DNA from: Malacoraja senta
Lineage: Eukaryota
Length of the DNA: 64,000 bases
Direction: 5' to 3'
Assembly (NCBI GenBank): GCA_038087875.1
Contig: CM075997.1
Location: 7,752,001-7,816,000 of the forward strand
Part shown: positions 1-12,266 of the stretch, piece after piece
How positions within the stretch are numbered: the stretch's first letter is position 1
How the letters are laid out: each line of letters begins with the position of its first letter
Notes under the pieces: generated by a model
What the model was told of the DNA's origin: nothing
The model's input: the letters and a program-made list of their open reading frames with translations, nothing else
Databases searched by the model: none
Translations under genes and position numbers: made by a program

Positions 1-1592
1 GTTATCACTACCATGCCTAACGCACTTCGCCGTCCAGATCCTCTGATCTTTGACTCCGACATCGCTGAACGATGGCACCTTCTTCGAGCCCGACTACAAC
101 CATTCCATTCGTGTTTCTCATCGCAACGATCCACCTGATGTGCGTGCTTCTGCACTCTTGAATCTTGCTGGCCCTGAAGCAATGAAGCGCGCAGAGCGCT
201 TTAATTACGCACCTGACGTTTTGGACAACAACAAGCTGATTGTAGTGCCTGCAGAAACAACCGAAGACCCAGCGGTTTTACTCGCTAACTTTCAGACTGC
301 TCCGCGACCTTTAAGCCAACTCCATAATTGAACTAACTTCGTTTTTTGCTCGCGTTCAGCAACAATGCGAACCGATTGAGAGCTTTTTGTGTGATTTAAA
401 ACACATGGCTGCATGCTGCCGCTTTGGAGATTCATGAGACGAACTCATCCGTGACAAGCTCGTAGGAGGTTTACTCAGGAACAAAGTGCGAGACGAATTG
501 CTCCGGAACACAGAAATGACTTTAAACCAAGCCGAACATGCTTGCAGAATCGCTGAAGTCACTGCTTCCCACACAAGGTCTGTAGGCTCTGAGCAACGAT
601 CCCAGTTTAATGTCCATGCTACCAACACCTCCTACCATAGCCTGCGTCCATAACCCACCCCTCCCCGGTAGCCTCAAAGGTCTATTGAACTGTAACAAGT
701 CCCCTGCTCCAGGTCGAGGATTCTGTGCCACCTACGGCAATATTTGCCACTACTATAAAACAAATTAACCACTTCATGAAATGTTGTCATTCTCGCGTGG
801 CTAGTTCTTTCCCAAGACCAAATGTGCACCTGTTAAAACATGAACCTACTGATAACGAGTTCAGAGAGCTGGAAGCGCCATCCCCTACTCTCCTCCCTGC
901 AAGGCACGATAACAGTTCAGACATTCAGTCCCTGCTTCCTTCAACCAACAATCAACTTGACCCCGAAGTCTCTCTGCTCATTAACAACAACATTGCGCTT
1001 GCAAAGCTCGACACTGGTTCGAAATGTAATGTTATGTATTCATCTGATTTTAAACCGATACTGAACATGTCGAAAACACCATGGCTACATTTCGAGCCTA
1101 TGGCGGTGAGGTATTGCACCCACTTGGAGAAACTGAATTGAACTGCAACGACTGTGAACAGGTTCACAAACTAAAGTTCTTCATTGTTCGGGAGGATTCT
1201 GTAACACTGCTTGGCATCAATGCATACCAGGATCTAGGCCTGGTCTCCTTTGGGCCTGCTGTCCATCAAATCTCTTTCATTGAGATTTCAGCAGATACTT
1301 TCACAATACAAAGAACTGTTTGACAACAAGCTTGGAAAGCTGCCCATCAAATACAATATTACCACTGATCCAATTGTCACTCCAGTGGTCTGAGCACCAC
1401 ACCTATTCCGCATGCAATGCGCGACACAGCAATGAGCTCCAGCGGATGGTGTCTCCGGGTGTCATTGCTACGTTTTCCGAACATCTTAATGGGTTTCCAC
1501 CGTGGTGTTGCAACAAAGAAAAACAAGGAAGAAATCCGCATCTGTATCAAGGCCAGAGACCTAAACACAGCGATCAAACGCCCACACTACCT

Positions 1593-4500
1593 GATAGATA
1601 CATAGACACATAGAAAATAGGTGCAGGAGTAGACCATTCGACCCTTCGATCCTGCACCGCCATTCAATATGATCATGGCTGATCATACATCTCAGTATCC
1701 CGTACCTGCCTTCTCTCCATACCCCCTGATCCCTTTAGCCACAAGGGCCACATCTAACTCCCTCTTAAATATAGCCAATGAACTGGCCTCAACTACCCTC
1801 TGTGGCAGAGAGTTCCAGAGATTCACCACTCTCTGTGTGAAAACATTTTTTCTCATCTCGGTCTTAAAGGATTTCCCCCTTATCCTTAAGCTGTGACCCC
1901 TTGTCCTGGACTTCCCGAACATCGGTAACAATCTTCGTGCATCTAGCCTGTCCAACCCCATAAGAATTGTGTACGTTTCTATAAGATCCCCTCTCAATCA
2001 CCTAAATTCTAGCCAGTATAAGCCAAGTCTATCCAGTCTTTCTTCATATGAAAGTCCTGACTTCCCAGGAATCAGTCTGGTGAACCTTCTCTGCACTCCC
2101 TCTATGGCTATAATGTCCTTCCTCAGATTTGGAGACCAAAACTGTACGCAATACTCCAGTTGTGGTCTCACCAAGACCCTGTACAATTGCAGTAGAACCT
2201 CCCTGCTCCTATACTCAAATCCTTTTCCTATGAAAGCTAACATACCATTTGCTTTCTTCACTGCCTGCTGCACCTGCATGCCTACTTTCAACGACTGGTG
2301 TACCATGACACCGAGTTCTCGCTGCATCTCCCCTTTTCCGAATCGGCCACCATTTAGATCATAGTCTGCTTTCCTGTTTTTGCCACCAAAGTGGATAACC
2401 TCACATTTATCCACATTATACTGCATCTGCCAAACATTTGCCCACTCACCCAGCCTATCCAAGTCACCTTGCAGTCTCCTAGCATCCTCCTCACAGCTAA
2501 CACTGCCCCCCAGCTTAGTGTCATCCGCAAACTTGGAGATGTTGCCTTCAATTCCCTCATCCAGATCATTAATATAAATTGTAAATAGCTGGGGTCCCAG
2601 CACTGAACCTTGCGGTACCCCACTAGTCACTACCTGCCAATGTGAAAAGGACCCGTTTACTCCTACTCTTTGCTTCCTGTTTGCCAGCCAGTTCTCTATC
2701 CACATCAATACTGAACCCCCAATACCGTGTACTTTAAGTTTGTATACTAATCGCTTATGTGGGACCTTGTCGAAAGCCTTCTGAAAGTCCAGATACAACA
2801 AATCCACTGGTTCTCCCCTATCCACTCTACTAGTTACATCCTCAAAAAATTCTATAAGATTCGTCAGACATGATTTACCTATCGTAAATCCACGCTGACT
2901 TTGTCCAATGTTTTCACGACTTTCCAAATGTGCTGCTATCCCATCTTTAATAACTGACTCTAGCAGTTTCCCCACTACCAATGTTAGACTAATTGGTCTG
3001 TAATTCCCCGTTTTCTCTCTCCCTCCTTTCTTAAAAAGGGGGGTTACGTTTGCTACCCTCCAATCCTCAGGAACTACTCCAGAATCTAAAGGGTTTTGAA
3101 AAATTATCACTAAGGCATCCACTATTTCTGGAGCTACTTCCTTACGTACTCTGGGATGCAGCCTATCTGGCCCTGGTGATTTATCGGCCTTTAATCTATT
3201 CAATTTACCCAACACCACTTCCCGATTAACCTGGATTTCACTTAGTGCCTCCATCTCCTTTGACACGCAGTCCCCTGCTATTTCCGGCAGATTATTTATT
3301 TCTTCATTAGTGAAGACGGAACCAAAGTAGTTATTCAATTGGTCCGCCATATCCTTGTTCCCCATGATCAATTCACCTGTTTCTGACTGCAAAGGACCTA
3401 CATTTGTTTTAACTAATCTCTTTCTCTTCACATATCTATAAAAACTTTTGCAGTCAGTTTTTATGTTCGCTGCCAGTTTTCTTTCATAATCTATTTTCCC
3501 TTTCCTAATTAAGCCCTTTGTCCTCTGCTGGTCTCTGAATTTCTCCCAGTCCTCTGGTATGCTGCTTTCTCTGGCTAATTTGTACGCATCATCTTTTGCT
3601 TTCATACTATCCCTGATTTCCCTTGTTATCCACGGATGCACTACCTTCCCTGATTTATTCTTTTGCCATACTGGGATGAACAATTTTTGTAGTTCATCCA
3701 TGCAGTCTTTAAATGCCTTCCATTGCATATCCACCGTCAACCCTTTTAGAACTAATTGCCAGTCAATCTTGGCCAATTCACGTCTCATACCCTCAAAGTT
3801 ACCTTTCTTTAAGTACAGAACCGTTGTTTCTGAATTAACAATGTCACTCTCCATCCTAATGAAGAACTCAACCATATTATGATCACTCTTGCCCAAGGGG
3901 GCACGCACAACAAGACTGCTAACTAACCCTTCCTCATTACTCAATACCCAGTCTAGAATAGCCTGCTCTCTCGTTGGTTCCTCTACATGTTGGTTTAGAT
4001 AACTATCCCGCATACATTCCAAGAAATCCTCTTCCTCAGCACCCCTGCCAATTTGATTCACCCAATCTATATGTCGATTGAAGTCACCCATTATAACTGT
4101 TTTGCCTTTGTTGCACGCATTTCTAATTTCCTGTTTGATGCCATCCCCAACTTCACTACTACTGCTAGGTGGCCTGTACACAACACCCACCAGCGTTTTC
4201 TGCCCCTTAGTGGTTCGCAGCTCTACCCCTACCGATTCCACATCCTCCAAGCTAATGTCCTTCCTTTCCACTGCGTTAATCTCCTCTCTAACCAGCAACG
4301 CTACCCCACCTCCTTTTCCTTTCTCTCTATCCCTCCTGAATATTGAATATCCCTGGATGTTCAGCTCCCAGCCTTGGTCACCCTGCAGCCATGTCTCCGT
4401 GATCCCAACTATATCATAATCATTAATAACTATCTGCACGTTCAACTCATCGACCTTATTACGAATGCTCCTTGCATTGAGACACAAAGCCTTCAGGCTT

Positions 4501-4849
4501 GTTTTACAACGCTCTTACCCCTTATACAATTATGTTGAAAAGTGGCCCTTTTTGATTTTTGCCCTGGATTTGTCTGCCTGCCACTTTTACTTTTCACCTT
4601 GCTACCTATTGCTTCCGCCCGCATTTTACACCCCTCTGTTTCTCTGCTCACCCATTTAAGAACCCCACCACCTCTTATTCTCTGTTTATTATTGTTTTCT
4701 TCTCCCCCCCCTACATGTTGGGTCTGAGTGCTTTCCTTCTCTGCATCCTGCCTCACGCACTGTCTAATAGCTTTCTCTATTTGAGTCCCTCCCCCCAACC
4801 ATTCTAGGTTAAAGTCTCCCCAGTAGCCTTTGCAGATGTCCCCGCCAGG
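1593..4849 (-). mobile_element. CR1 LINE, 5'-truncated, inserted in the Gypsy RT
   Basis: APE+RT ORF2 and an octamer-repeat 3' tail (atagatacatagacacatagaaaatag) at ~1594-1620. The Gypsy frame joins across it (PHY-L-M-HTVEE) with a GAT microhomology. Confidence 0.95.
1692..4487 (-). pseudogene. CR1 ORF2 (APE endonuclease + reverse transcriptase), nearly intact with one in-frame stop at 1998-2000
   Basis: An 829-aa ORF ([48 protein letters not shown]) is continued in the same frame by ORF 1692..1997. Confidence 0.93.
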
Positions 4850-5384
4850 ATGCACACGGTAGAGGAAATTGCTACTCAGATAGCCAGTGCACCTGTGTTC
4901 TCTGTTCTAGATGGCAAAGGTTCAATTTGGCAGATCCCGCTGGACCCTGACTCGTCCAACCTCACCACGTTCGGCACCCACTTTGGTCGATATAAATTCC
5001 TGAGAATGCCCTTTGGCATCAACACTGCTAGCGAGGTTTTCCAGCGCACTATGGAACAATTGTTTGGGGGGGGTATCCGTGCGCCATCATTGTCGATGAC
5101 ATTTTCGTTGCCGGACACGACATGGCAGAACACGATGCCAATGTAAAAAAGTAGTAGATCGTGCCAAATACATGCACCTCAAGCTCAACCCCCTAAAATG
5201 CAGATTTCGGGGCACAGAAGTCAACTATGTTGGGTATGTTTTTACCAGCGGTGGTCTCAGACCGGACCCATCCAGGACCACTGACATTAAAGAGATGCCA
5301 GTTCCCACAGATTTTGCAAGTTTACAGAGATTCGTGGGAATGGTCAATTACCTGGGGAAATTCATTCCCAACCTCAGCAGTATA

Positions 5385-6896
5385 GTCTACACCTCCATTC
5401 CCCACCAGGAGGATCTCAAAGCCCACCGTTTCTTCTTCGACCGGTCTACTGTTACTTACCTCCGCCTAGTGGAGTTGGTCCTTACCCTTAATAACATTTC
5501 GTTTGACTCCTCCCATTTCCTCCAAATACACGGCGTAGCTATGGGCACGTGCATGGGCCCTAGCTATGCCTGCCTCTTTGTAGGGTACGTCGAACAATCC
5601 TTGTTCGAGACGTACCAGGGCCCCATCCCCGAACTCTACCTCCGCTACATTGACGACTGCATTGATGCTACCTCCTGCACCCACACACAACTCACTGACT
5701 TCATCCATGTCACCACTAACTTCCATCCGGCACTCAAATACACCTGGACCATTTCCGACATTTCCCTACCTTTTCTGGATCTCACTATCACCATCGCAGG
5801 GGATAGACTTCGGACCGACATCCACTCTAAACCCACTGACTTCCATGGCTATCTGGACTACACTTCTTCCCACTCTGCTTCCTGTAAGGACTCGATCCCA
5901 TACTCCCAATTCCTCCGTCTACGCCGCATCTGCTCCCAGGATGAGTTGTTCCACACCAGGGCATCGGTGATGTCCTCATTCTTCATGGAACCGGGGTTCC
6001 CCTCTTCTGCCATAGATTAAGCTCTCACCAGGGTTTGTTCGATACCCCGTGACACTACTCTCACTCCCCATCCCCCCACTCGTAAAAAAGGCAGGTTCCC
6101 TTAGTCCTCACCTTTCACCTTACCAGCCATCACGTACAACAAATAATCCTCCGTCATTTTCGCAACCTCAAACGTGACCCCACCACTTGCCACATCTTCC
6201 CATCTCCATCCCTGTCCGCTTTCCGCAGAGACTGCTCCCTCTGTAACTCGCTGGTCCATTCGTCCCTTCCCACCCGAAACACCGCTTCTCCGCGCATTTT
6301 TCCCTTCCAACCGCAAGAAATGCTACACTTGTCGCTTTACCTCCCCCCTTGAGTCTATTCAAGAACCCAAGCAGTCTTTCCAGGTGCGACAAAGGTTCAC
6401 CTGCACCTCCTCCAACCTCATTTTTGCATGCGCTGCTCTAAATGTCAGCTGATCTACATCGGTGAGACCAAGCGTAGGCTTGGCAATCGCTTCGCCGAAC
6501 ACCTCCGCTTGGTTCGCAATAACCAACCTGATCTCCCGATGGCTCAGAACTTCAACTCCCCTTCCCATTCCGAATCCGACCTTTCTGTCCTGGGCCTCCT
6601 CCATGGTCAGAGTGGGGACCACCGGAAATTGGAGGAGCAGCACCTCATATTTCGCATGGGCAATTTGTACCCCAGCAGTATGAACATTGACTTCTCAAAT
6701 TTCAGGCAGTCCTTACTGTCTCCTCCCCTTCTCAGCTCTCCCTCTGGCCCTCTGGCTCCTCCTCTTCCCTTCTTCTCCCCCCTCACCCACCCTCACATCA
6801 GTCTGAAGAAGGGCTTCGGCCCGCATCTTTGCCTATTTCCTTCGCTCCATAGATGCTGCCTCACCCGCTGAGTTTCTCTAACATTTTTGTCTACCT
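5385..6896 (+). mobile_element. Penelope-like element (RT C-terminal half, GIY-YIG endonuclease, 3' pseudo-LTR), 5'-truncated, 11-bp TSD
   Basis: Motifs YTSIPH, GVAMGT.MGPSYA.LF, RYIDD and CSKCQLIYIGETKRRLGNRFAEH. TCAGCAGTATA occurs at 5374-5384 and 6897-6907, and the Gypsy frame resumes there (SSISAPLR). Confidence 0.93.
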
Positions 6897-7049
6897 TCAG
6901 CAGTATATCTGCCCCGTTGCGGTAATGTACACACAAATACATTGCCTGGTCCTGGTACCCACAGCACCAAAGAGCGTCTGAAATCCTCAAGTTGCAACTG
7001 GCCAGTGGTCCAACCCTCACCTACTTTGCTTTAAAATTGCCAGTGACTT

Positions 7050-9305
7050 AGAAACATAGAAACATAGAAAAAATAGGTGCAGGAGTAGGCCATTCGGCCC
7101 TTCGAGCCTGCACCGCCAATCAATATGATCATGGCTGATCATCCAACTCAGTATCCTGTACCTGCTTTCTCTCCATACCCCCCTGCATCATTTAGCCACA
7201 AGGGCCACATCTAACTCCTTCTTAAATATAGCAAATGAACTGGCCTCAACACATTCTGTGGCAGAGAATTCCAGAGATTCACCACTCTCTGTGTAAAACA
7301 TGTTTTTCTCATCTCAGTCCTAAAATATTTCCCATTTATCCTTAAACTGTGACCCCTTGTTCTGGACTTCCCCGACATCGGGAACAATCTTCCTGCATCT
7401 AGCCTGTCCAACCCCTTAAGAATTTGTAAGTTTCTATAAGATCCCCCCTCAATTTTCTAAATTCCAGCGAGTACAAGCCGTGTCTTTCCTCATATGAAAG
7501 TCCTGACATCCCAGGAATCAGTCTGGTGAACCTTCTCTGTACTCCCTCTATGGCAAGAATGTCCTTCCTCAGATTAGGAGACCAAAACTGTACGCAATAC
7601 TCCAGGTGTGGTCTCACCAAGACCCTGTACAACTGCAGTAGAACCTCCCTGCTCCGATACTCAAATCATTTTGCTATAGATACATAGATACATAGAAAAT
7701 AGGTGCAGGATTAGGCCATTCGGCCCTTCGAGCCTGCACCGCCATTCAATATGATCATGGCTGATCATCCAACTCAGTATCCCGTACCTGCCTTCTCTCC
7801 ATACCCCCTGATCCCTTTAGCCAAAAGGGCCACATCTAACTCCATCTTAAATATAGCCAATGAACTGGCCTCAACTACCCTCTGTGGCAGAGAGTTCCAG
7901 AGATTCACCACTCTCTGTGTGAAAACGTTTTTCTCATCTCGGTCTTAAAGGACTTCCCCCTTATCCTTAAGCTGTGACCCCTTGTCCTGGACTTCCCCAA
8001 CATCGGGAACAATCTTCCTGGATCTAGCCTGTCCAACCCCATAAGAATATTGTAAGTTTCTATAAGATCCCCTCTCAATCTCCTAAATTCTAGCGAGTAT
8101 AAGCCGAGTCTATCCAGTCTTTCTTCATATGAAAGTCCTGACATCCCAGGAATCAGTCTGGTGAACATTCTCTGCACTCCCTCTATGGCTATAATGTCCT
8201 TCCTCAGATTTGGAGACCAAAACTGTACGCAATACTCCAGCTGTGGTCTCACCAAGACCCTGTACAACTGCAGTAGAACCTCCCTGCTCCTATACTCAAA
8301 TCCTTTTGCTATGAAAGCTAACATATCATTCGCTTTCTTCACTGCCTGCTGCACCTGCATGCCTACTTCCAATTACTGGTGTACCATGACACTCAGGTCT
8401 CGCTGCAACTCCCCTTTTCCTAATCGGCCACCATTTAGATAATAGTCTGCTTTCCTGTTTTTGCCACCAAAGTGGATAACCTCACATTTATCCACATTAT
8501 ACTGCATCTGCCAAAGATTTGCCCACTCACCCAGCCTATCCAAGTCACCTTGCAGTCCCCTAACATCCTCCTTACAGCTAACACTGCCCCCCAGCTTAGT
8601 GTCATCCGCAAACTTGGAGATGTTGCCTTCAATTCCCTCATCCAGCTCATTAATATAAATTGTAAATAGCTGGGGTCCCAGCACTGAACCTTGTGGTACC
8701 CCACTAGTCACTGCCTGCCATTGTGAAAAGGACCCGTTTACTCCTACACTTTGCTTCCTGTATGCCAGCCAGTTCTCTATCCACATCAATACTGAACCCC
8801 CAATACCGTGTGCTTTAAGTTTGTATATTAATCTCTTATGTGGGACCTTGTCGAAAGCCTTCTGAAAGTCCAGATACAACACATCCACAGGTTCTCCCCT
8901 ATCCACTCTACTAGTTACATCCTCGAAAAATTCTATAAGTTTCGTCAGACATGATTTACCTATGAATGCTAACATACCATTCGCTTCCTTCACTGCGTGC
9001 TGCACCTGCATGCCCACTTTCAATGACTGGTGTACCATGACACCCAGGTCTCGTTGCATCTCCCTTTTTCCTAATCGGCCACCATTCAGGTAATAGTCTA
9101 CTTTCCTATTTTTGTCACCAAAGTGGATAACCTCACATTTATCCACATTATACTGCATCTGCCATGCATTTGCCCACTTCCCCAGCCTATCCAAGTCATC
9201 TTGCAGCCTCCTAGCACCCTCCTCGCAGCTAACACTGCCCCCCAGCTTCGTGTCATCCGCAAACTTGGAGATGTTGCATTCTATTCCCTCGTCCAAATCA
9301 TTAAT
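7050..9305 (-). mobile_element. CR1 3' fragment (outer copy: 7050-7677 plus 8961-9305)
   Basis: Tail gaaacatagaaacatag at 7051. RT C-terminus is present. The sequence is continuous across the inner CR1 (ttgctat|gaatgctaac). Confidence 0.88.
7678..8960 (-). mobile_element. CR1 3' fragment nested in the previous CR1
   Basis: Has its own tail agatacatagatacatag at 7678. RT runs from GKSCL to the 3' UTR. CTAT microhomology at both junctions. Confidence 0.88.
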
Positions 9306-9489
9306 AATAATGACAGTAATAATGTCACTCACATGTGATGCTTCCCAGTATGGCCTTGGCGCTGCTTGCCTATATATCTCCACCGATGGCGAATACAGGT
9401 CTGTTGCTTACGCCTCGCGCACCCTGACTGAAACTGAACAACGCTACACCCAAATCGAAAAGGATTGTCTATACATAGTTGTTTTGATT

Positions 9490-11652
9490 TAGTATTTGCA
9501 GGAGGCAGGGTGGGATGAAGTGCAGTCCAGATAGTCGTGGCAGTCAGTAGGTTTATAATAGACCTCGGTTGATAGTGTATCATGATGGGGACGGTAAGAT
9601 CAAGAGAGGGGAGGGAGAAGTCGGTGATGGTCGAAGTGAATTTGAGTGCAGGATGAAAATTGGTCGTGAAGTTAATTAAATCCATGAGGTTTGCATGTGT
9701 GCAGGGGGTAGCCCCGGGGCAGTTATCACTGTAGCGGAGTTAGAGTTCGGGGATAGGTCCAGTGTACACCTTGAACAGGGATTGTTCGACGTGCCCTGCA
9801 AAGGGGCAGGATTATATTGTGCCCTTACGCGTGCCCAAGCTGACGCCTTTCATTTGGTGGCCGTGGGATGTGTTGCGGAGAAGTTGTTGAGAGTTGGATG
9901 AGTTGCAGAAAAGTTGTTGAGAGTGAAGACCAGCTCCGCTCGGCGGAGGAGAGTGTTCACAGAGTAACTTTGGCTGGTTCTGCGGTCGAGGTTGAAACGA
10001 AGGGCTCCAAGGCCTACCTGGTCGTGGGGGGGGGGTGTATAGAGGTGTAGGTGTAGCTGCCCAGAGGATCTAGGGTGACGGAGGAACAGAAGGATATTCA
10101 CATTAGGAAGGAAATGGTGTTGGGTAGACTGATGGGACTGAAGGCTGATATTTCCGCAGGGCCTGATGGTCTGCATCCCAGGGTGCTTAAGGAAATGGCT
10201 CTAGCAATCGTGGACGCATTGGTAATCATTTTCAAATGTTCTATTATTTCAGGATCAGTTAATGTCAGCTAATGTTAAGGGCAGCTAATGTTATCCCGCT
10301 TTTTAAGAAAGGTGGGGAGAGAAAACAGGGAAACACCAGTTAGCCTGACATCGATGGTGGGGAAGATGCCGTATTCAATTATAAAAGATGAAATAGCAGC
10401 ACATTTGGATAGCAGTAGCAAGATCGGTCTGAGTCAGCATGGATTTATGAAGAGGAAATCATGCTTGACTAATCTTCCTGAATTTTTTGAGTGTATTGGG
10501 GGTTGGGTACAGACATGGATAACAAATTGGTTGGCAGACAGGAAACAAAGAGTAGGGATTAACGGGTCCCTTTCAGGATGGCAGGCAGTGACTAGTAGGG
10601 TACCTCAAGACTCGGTGCTCGGAGTTATTGACAATATTGATTAATTATTTAGATGAAGGGATTAAAAGAAATATTAGCAAATTTTCAGATGGCACAAAGC
10701 TGGTTGGCAGTGTGAACTGTGAGGAGGATGTTATGAGGATGCAAGATGACTTGGACACGTTGGGTGAGTGTGCAGGTGCATGGCAGATGCAGTTTACGGT
10801 AGATAAATGTAAAGTTATTCACTTTGGTGGCAAAAACAGGAAGGCAGATTATTATTTGAATGGTGTTAAGTTGGGAAAAGTGGAAGTACAACGAGATCTG
10901 AGGGTTCCGTTTTCATCAGTCACTGAGAGTAAGCATACAGGTACAGCAGGCAGTAAAGAAAGTGAATGGCCTATTGGCCTTCATAACTAGAGGAGTTGAG
11001 TATAAGAGCAAAAAGGCCTTCTGCAGTTGTACAGGGGCCCAGTGACACCACACCTGGTGTATTGTGTGCAGTTTTTGTCTCCAAATTTGATGAAGGACAT
11101 TGTTGCTATTGAGGGAGTGCAGCGTAGATTCACGAGGTTCATTCCCGGGATGGTCGGAATGATATATGTTGATAGATTGGAGTGGTTGGGCTAGTATTCT
11201 CTGGAATTTAGAAGAATGAGATGGGATCTTATTGAAATATATAAGATTATTAAGGGTTTGGACACGGTAGACACAGGAAACATGTTCCCGATGTTGGGGG
11301 AGGCCAGAACCAGGAGACACAGTTTACGAATAAGGGGTAAGCAATTTAGAATGGAGATGAGGAAAAATATGTGAAACATGTGAATATTTGCAATTTTCTG
11401 CCGCAGAAGGCAGTGAAGGCCAATTATCTACATGCTTTCAAGAGGGAGTTGGATAGAGTTCTTAAAGGGGATATGGGGAAAATGGATCAGGGGATATGGG
11501 GAAAAACAGGAACGGGGTACTTATTGTGGATGGCGTGGATAACTGAAGTCATTAAAGAGGCGGAGGTGAAGTGACGATAAAGGCCGTGAAGGGTTGCACG
11601 AGGAGGGATAGGATGTCAAGGTACGTGGAAATGATTTCAGTGGGGCAGGAAA
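9490..11652 (-). mobile_element. Older Penelope RT fragment split by a CR1 (pieces ~9490-10055 and ~11530-11652)
   Basis: Minus-strand translations include INFTTNFHPALKFT, LYT..H..GL.ALRF.LDRRTSQS..NTLLR.AELVFTLNNFS, and SCPTEIISTYLD at ~11615-11650. Confidence 0.8.
10060..11525 (+). mobile_element. Degenerate CR1 RT/3' fragment
   Basis: GPDGLHPRVLKE, QHGFMK..SCLTNL, NISKF.D.TKL and the 3' region ending ggaacggggtac, with many frameshifts. Confidence 0.88.
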
Positions 11653-11748
11653 AGTGAGATCCTGATTCGATTTATTAACCTTGGCCTATTTACGGTCCCT
11701 TACGTTTATCTCACTCCCGCTAGCTATGCCATTCAATCTAATCACTTC

Positions 11749-11858
<110 letters not shown>

Positions 11859-11982
11859 CCTCTCCTACAATAACCTATATGTATATTTCACAATATGGTT
11901 TTCCAATAAGCAAGCTGTTGAATTTACCATATTAGAAACATGTCAAATTGTCTTAAAATTTCCAGAATATCTCACATCAAAT

Positions 11983-12215
11983 CACCAGCCACCAGCCATG
12001 AGTGAGTGAACTGTGAGTCCACCAGCCATGAGTGAGTGAACTGAGAGTCCACCAGCCGCGAGTGCGAGAACTGTGAGTCCACTAGTCGTGGGTGAGTGAA
12101 CTGTGAGTCCACCAACTGTGAGTGAGTGAAAAGTGAGTCCACCAGCCATGACTGGGTGAACTGTGAGTCCACCAGCCGTGAGTGAGTGAACTGTAAATTC
12201 ACCAGCCGTGAGTGA
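11983..12215. repeat. 30-bp minisatellite, about 7.5 copies (CACCAGCCRTGAGTGAGTGAACTGTGAGTC)
   Basis: Clear 30-nt periodicity, also visible as the 10-aa repeat VDSQFTHS.L in ORF 11972..12328. Confidence 0.93.
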
Positions 12216-12266
12216 AGGGACGTCAATAATAAGTAACGATGATGGTTACACCACAAAATAAGTCCC

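Larger units (their letters stand above)
13..9470 (+). mobile_element. Degenerate Gypsy (Ty3-like) LTR retrotransposon gag-pol, fragmented into pieces 13-1594, 4850-5384, 6897-7049 and 9328-9470
   Basis: The gag start MPNALRRPDPLIFDSDIAERW is homologous to the gag at 47903. Protease AKLDTGSKCNVM lies at ~1000. RT reads IRICI..DLNTAIKRPHY, resuming MHTVEEIA..FLRMPFGINTASEVFQR at 4850, then FVGMVNYLGKFIPNLSS. RNase H reads LTCDASQYGLGAACL..YTQIEK at 9328. Many stops and frameshifts. Confidence 0.93.

Noticed and set aside
8373..9383. 336-aa ORF with an apparently duplicated RT domain
   Set aside because: It is a chance in-frame join of two nested CR1 copies plus antisense Gypsy sequence.
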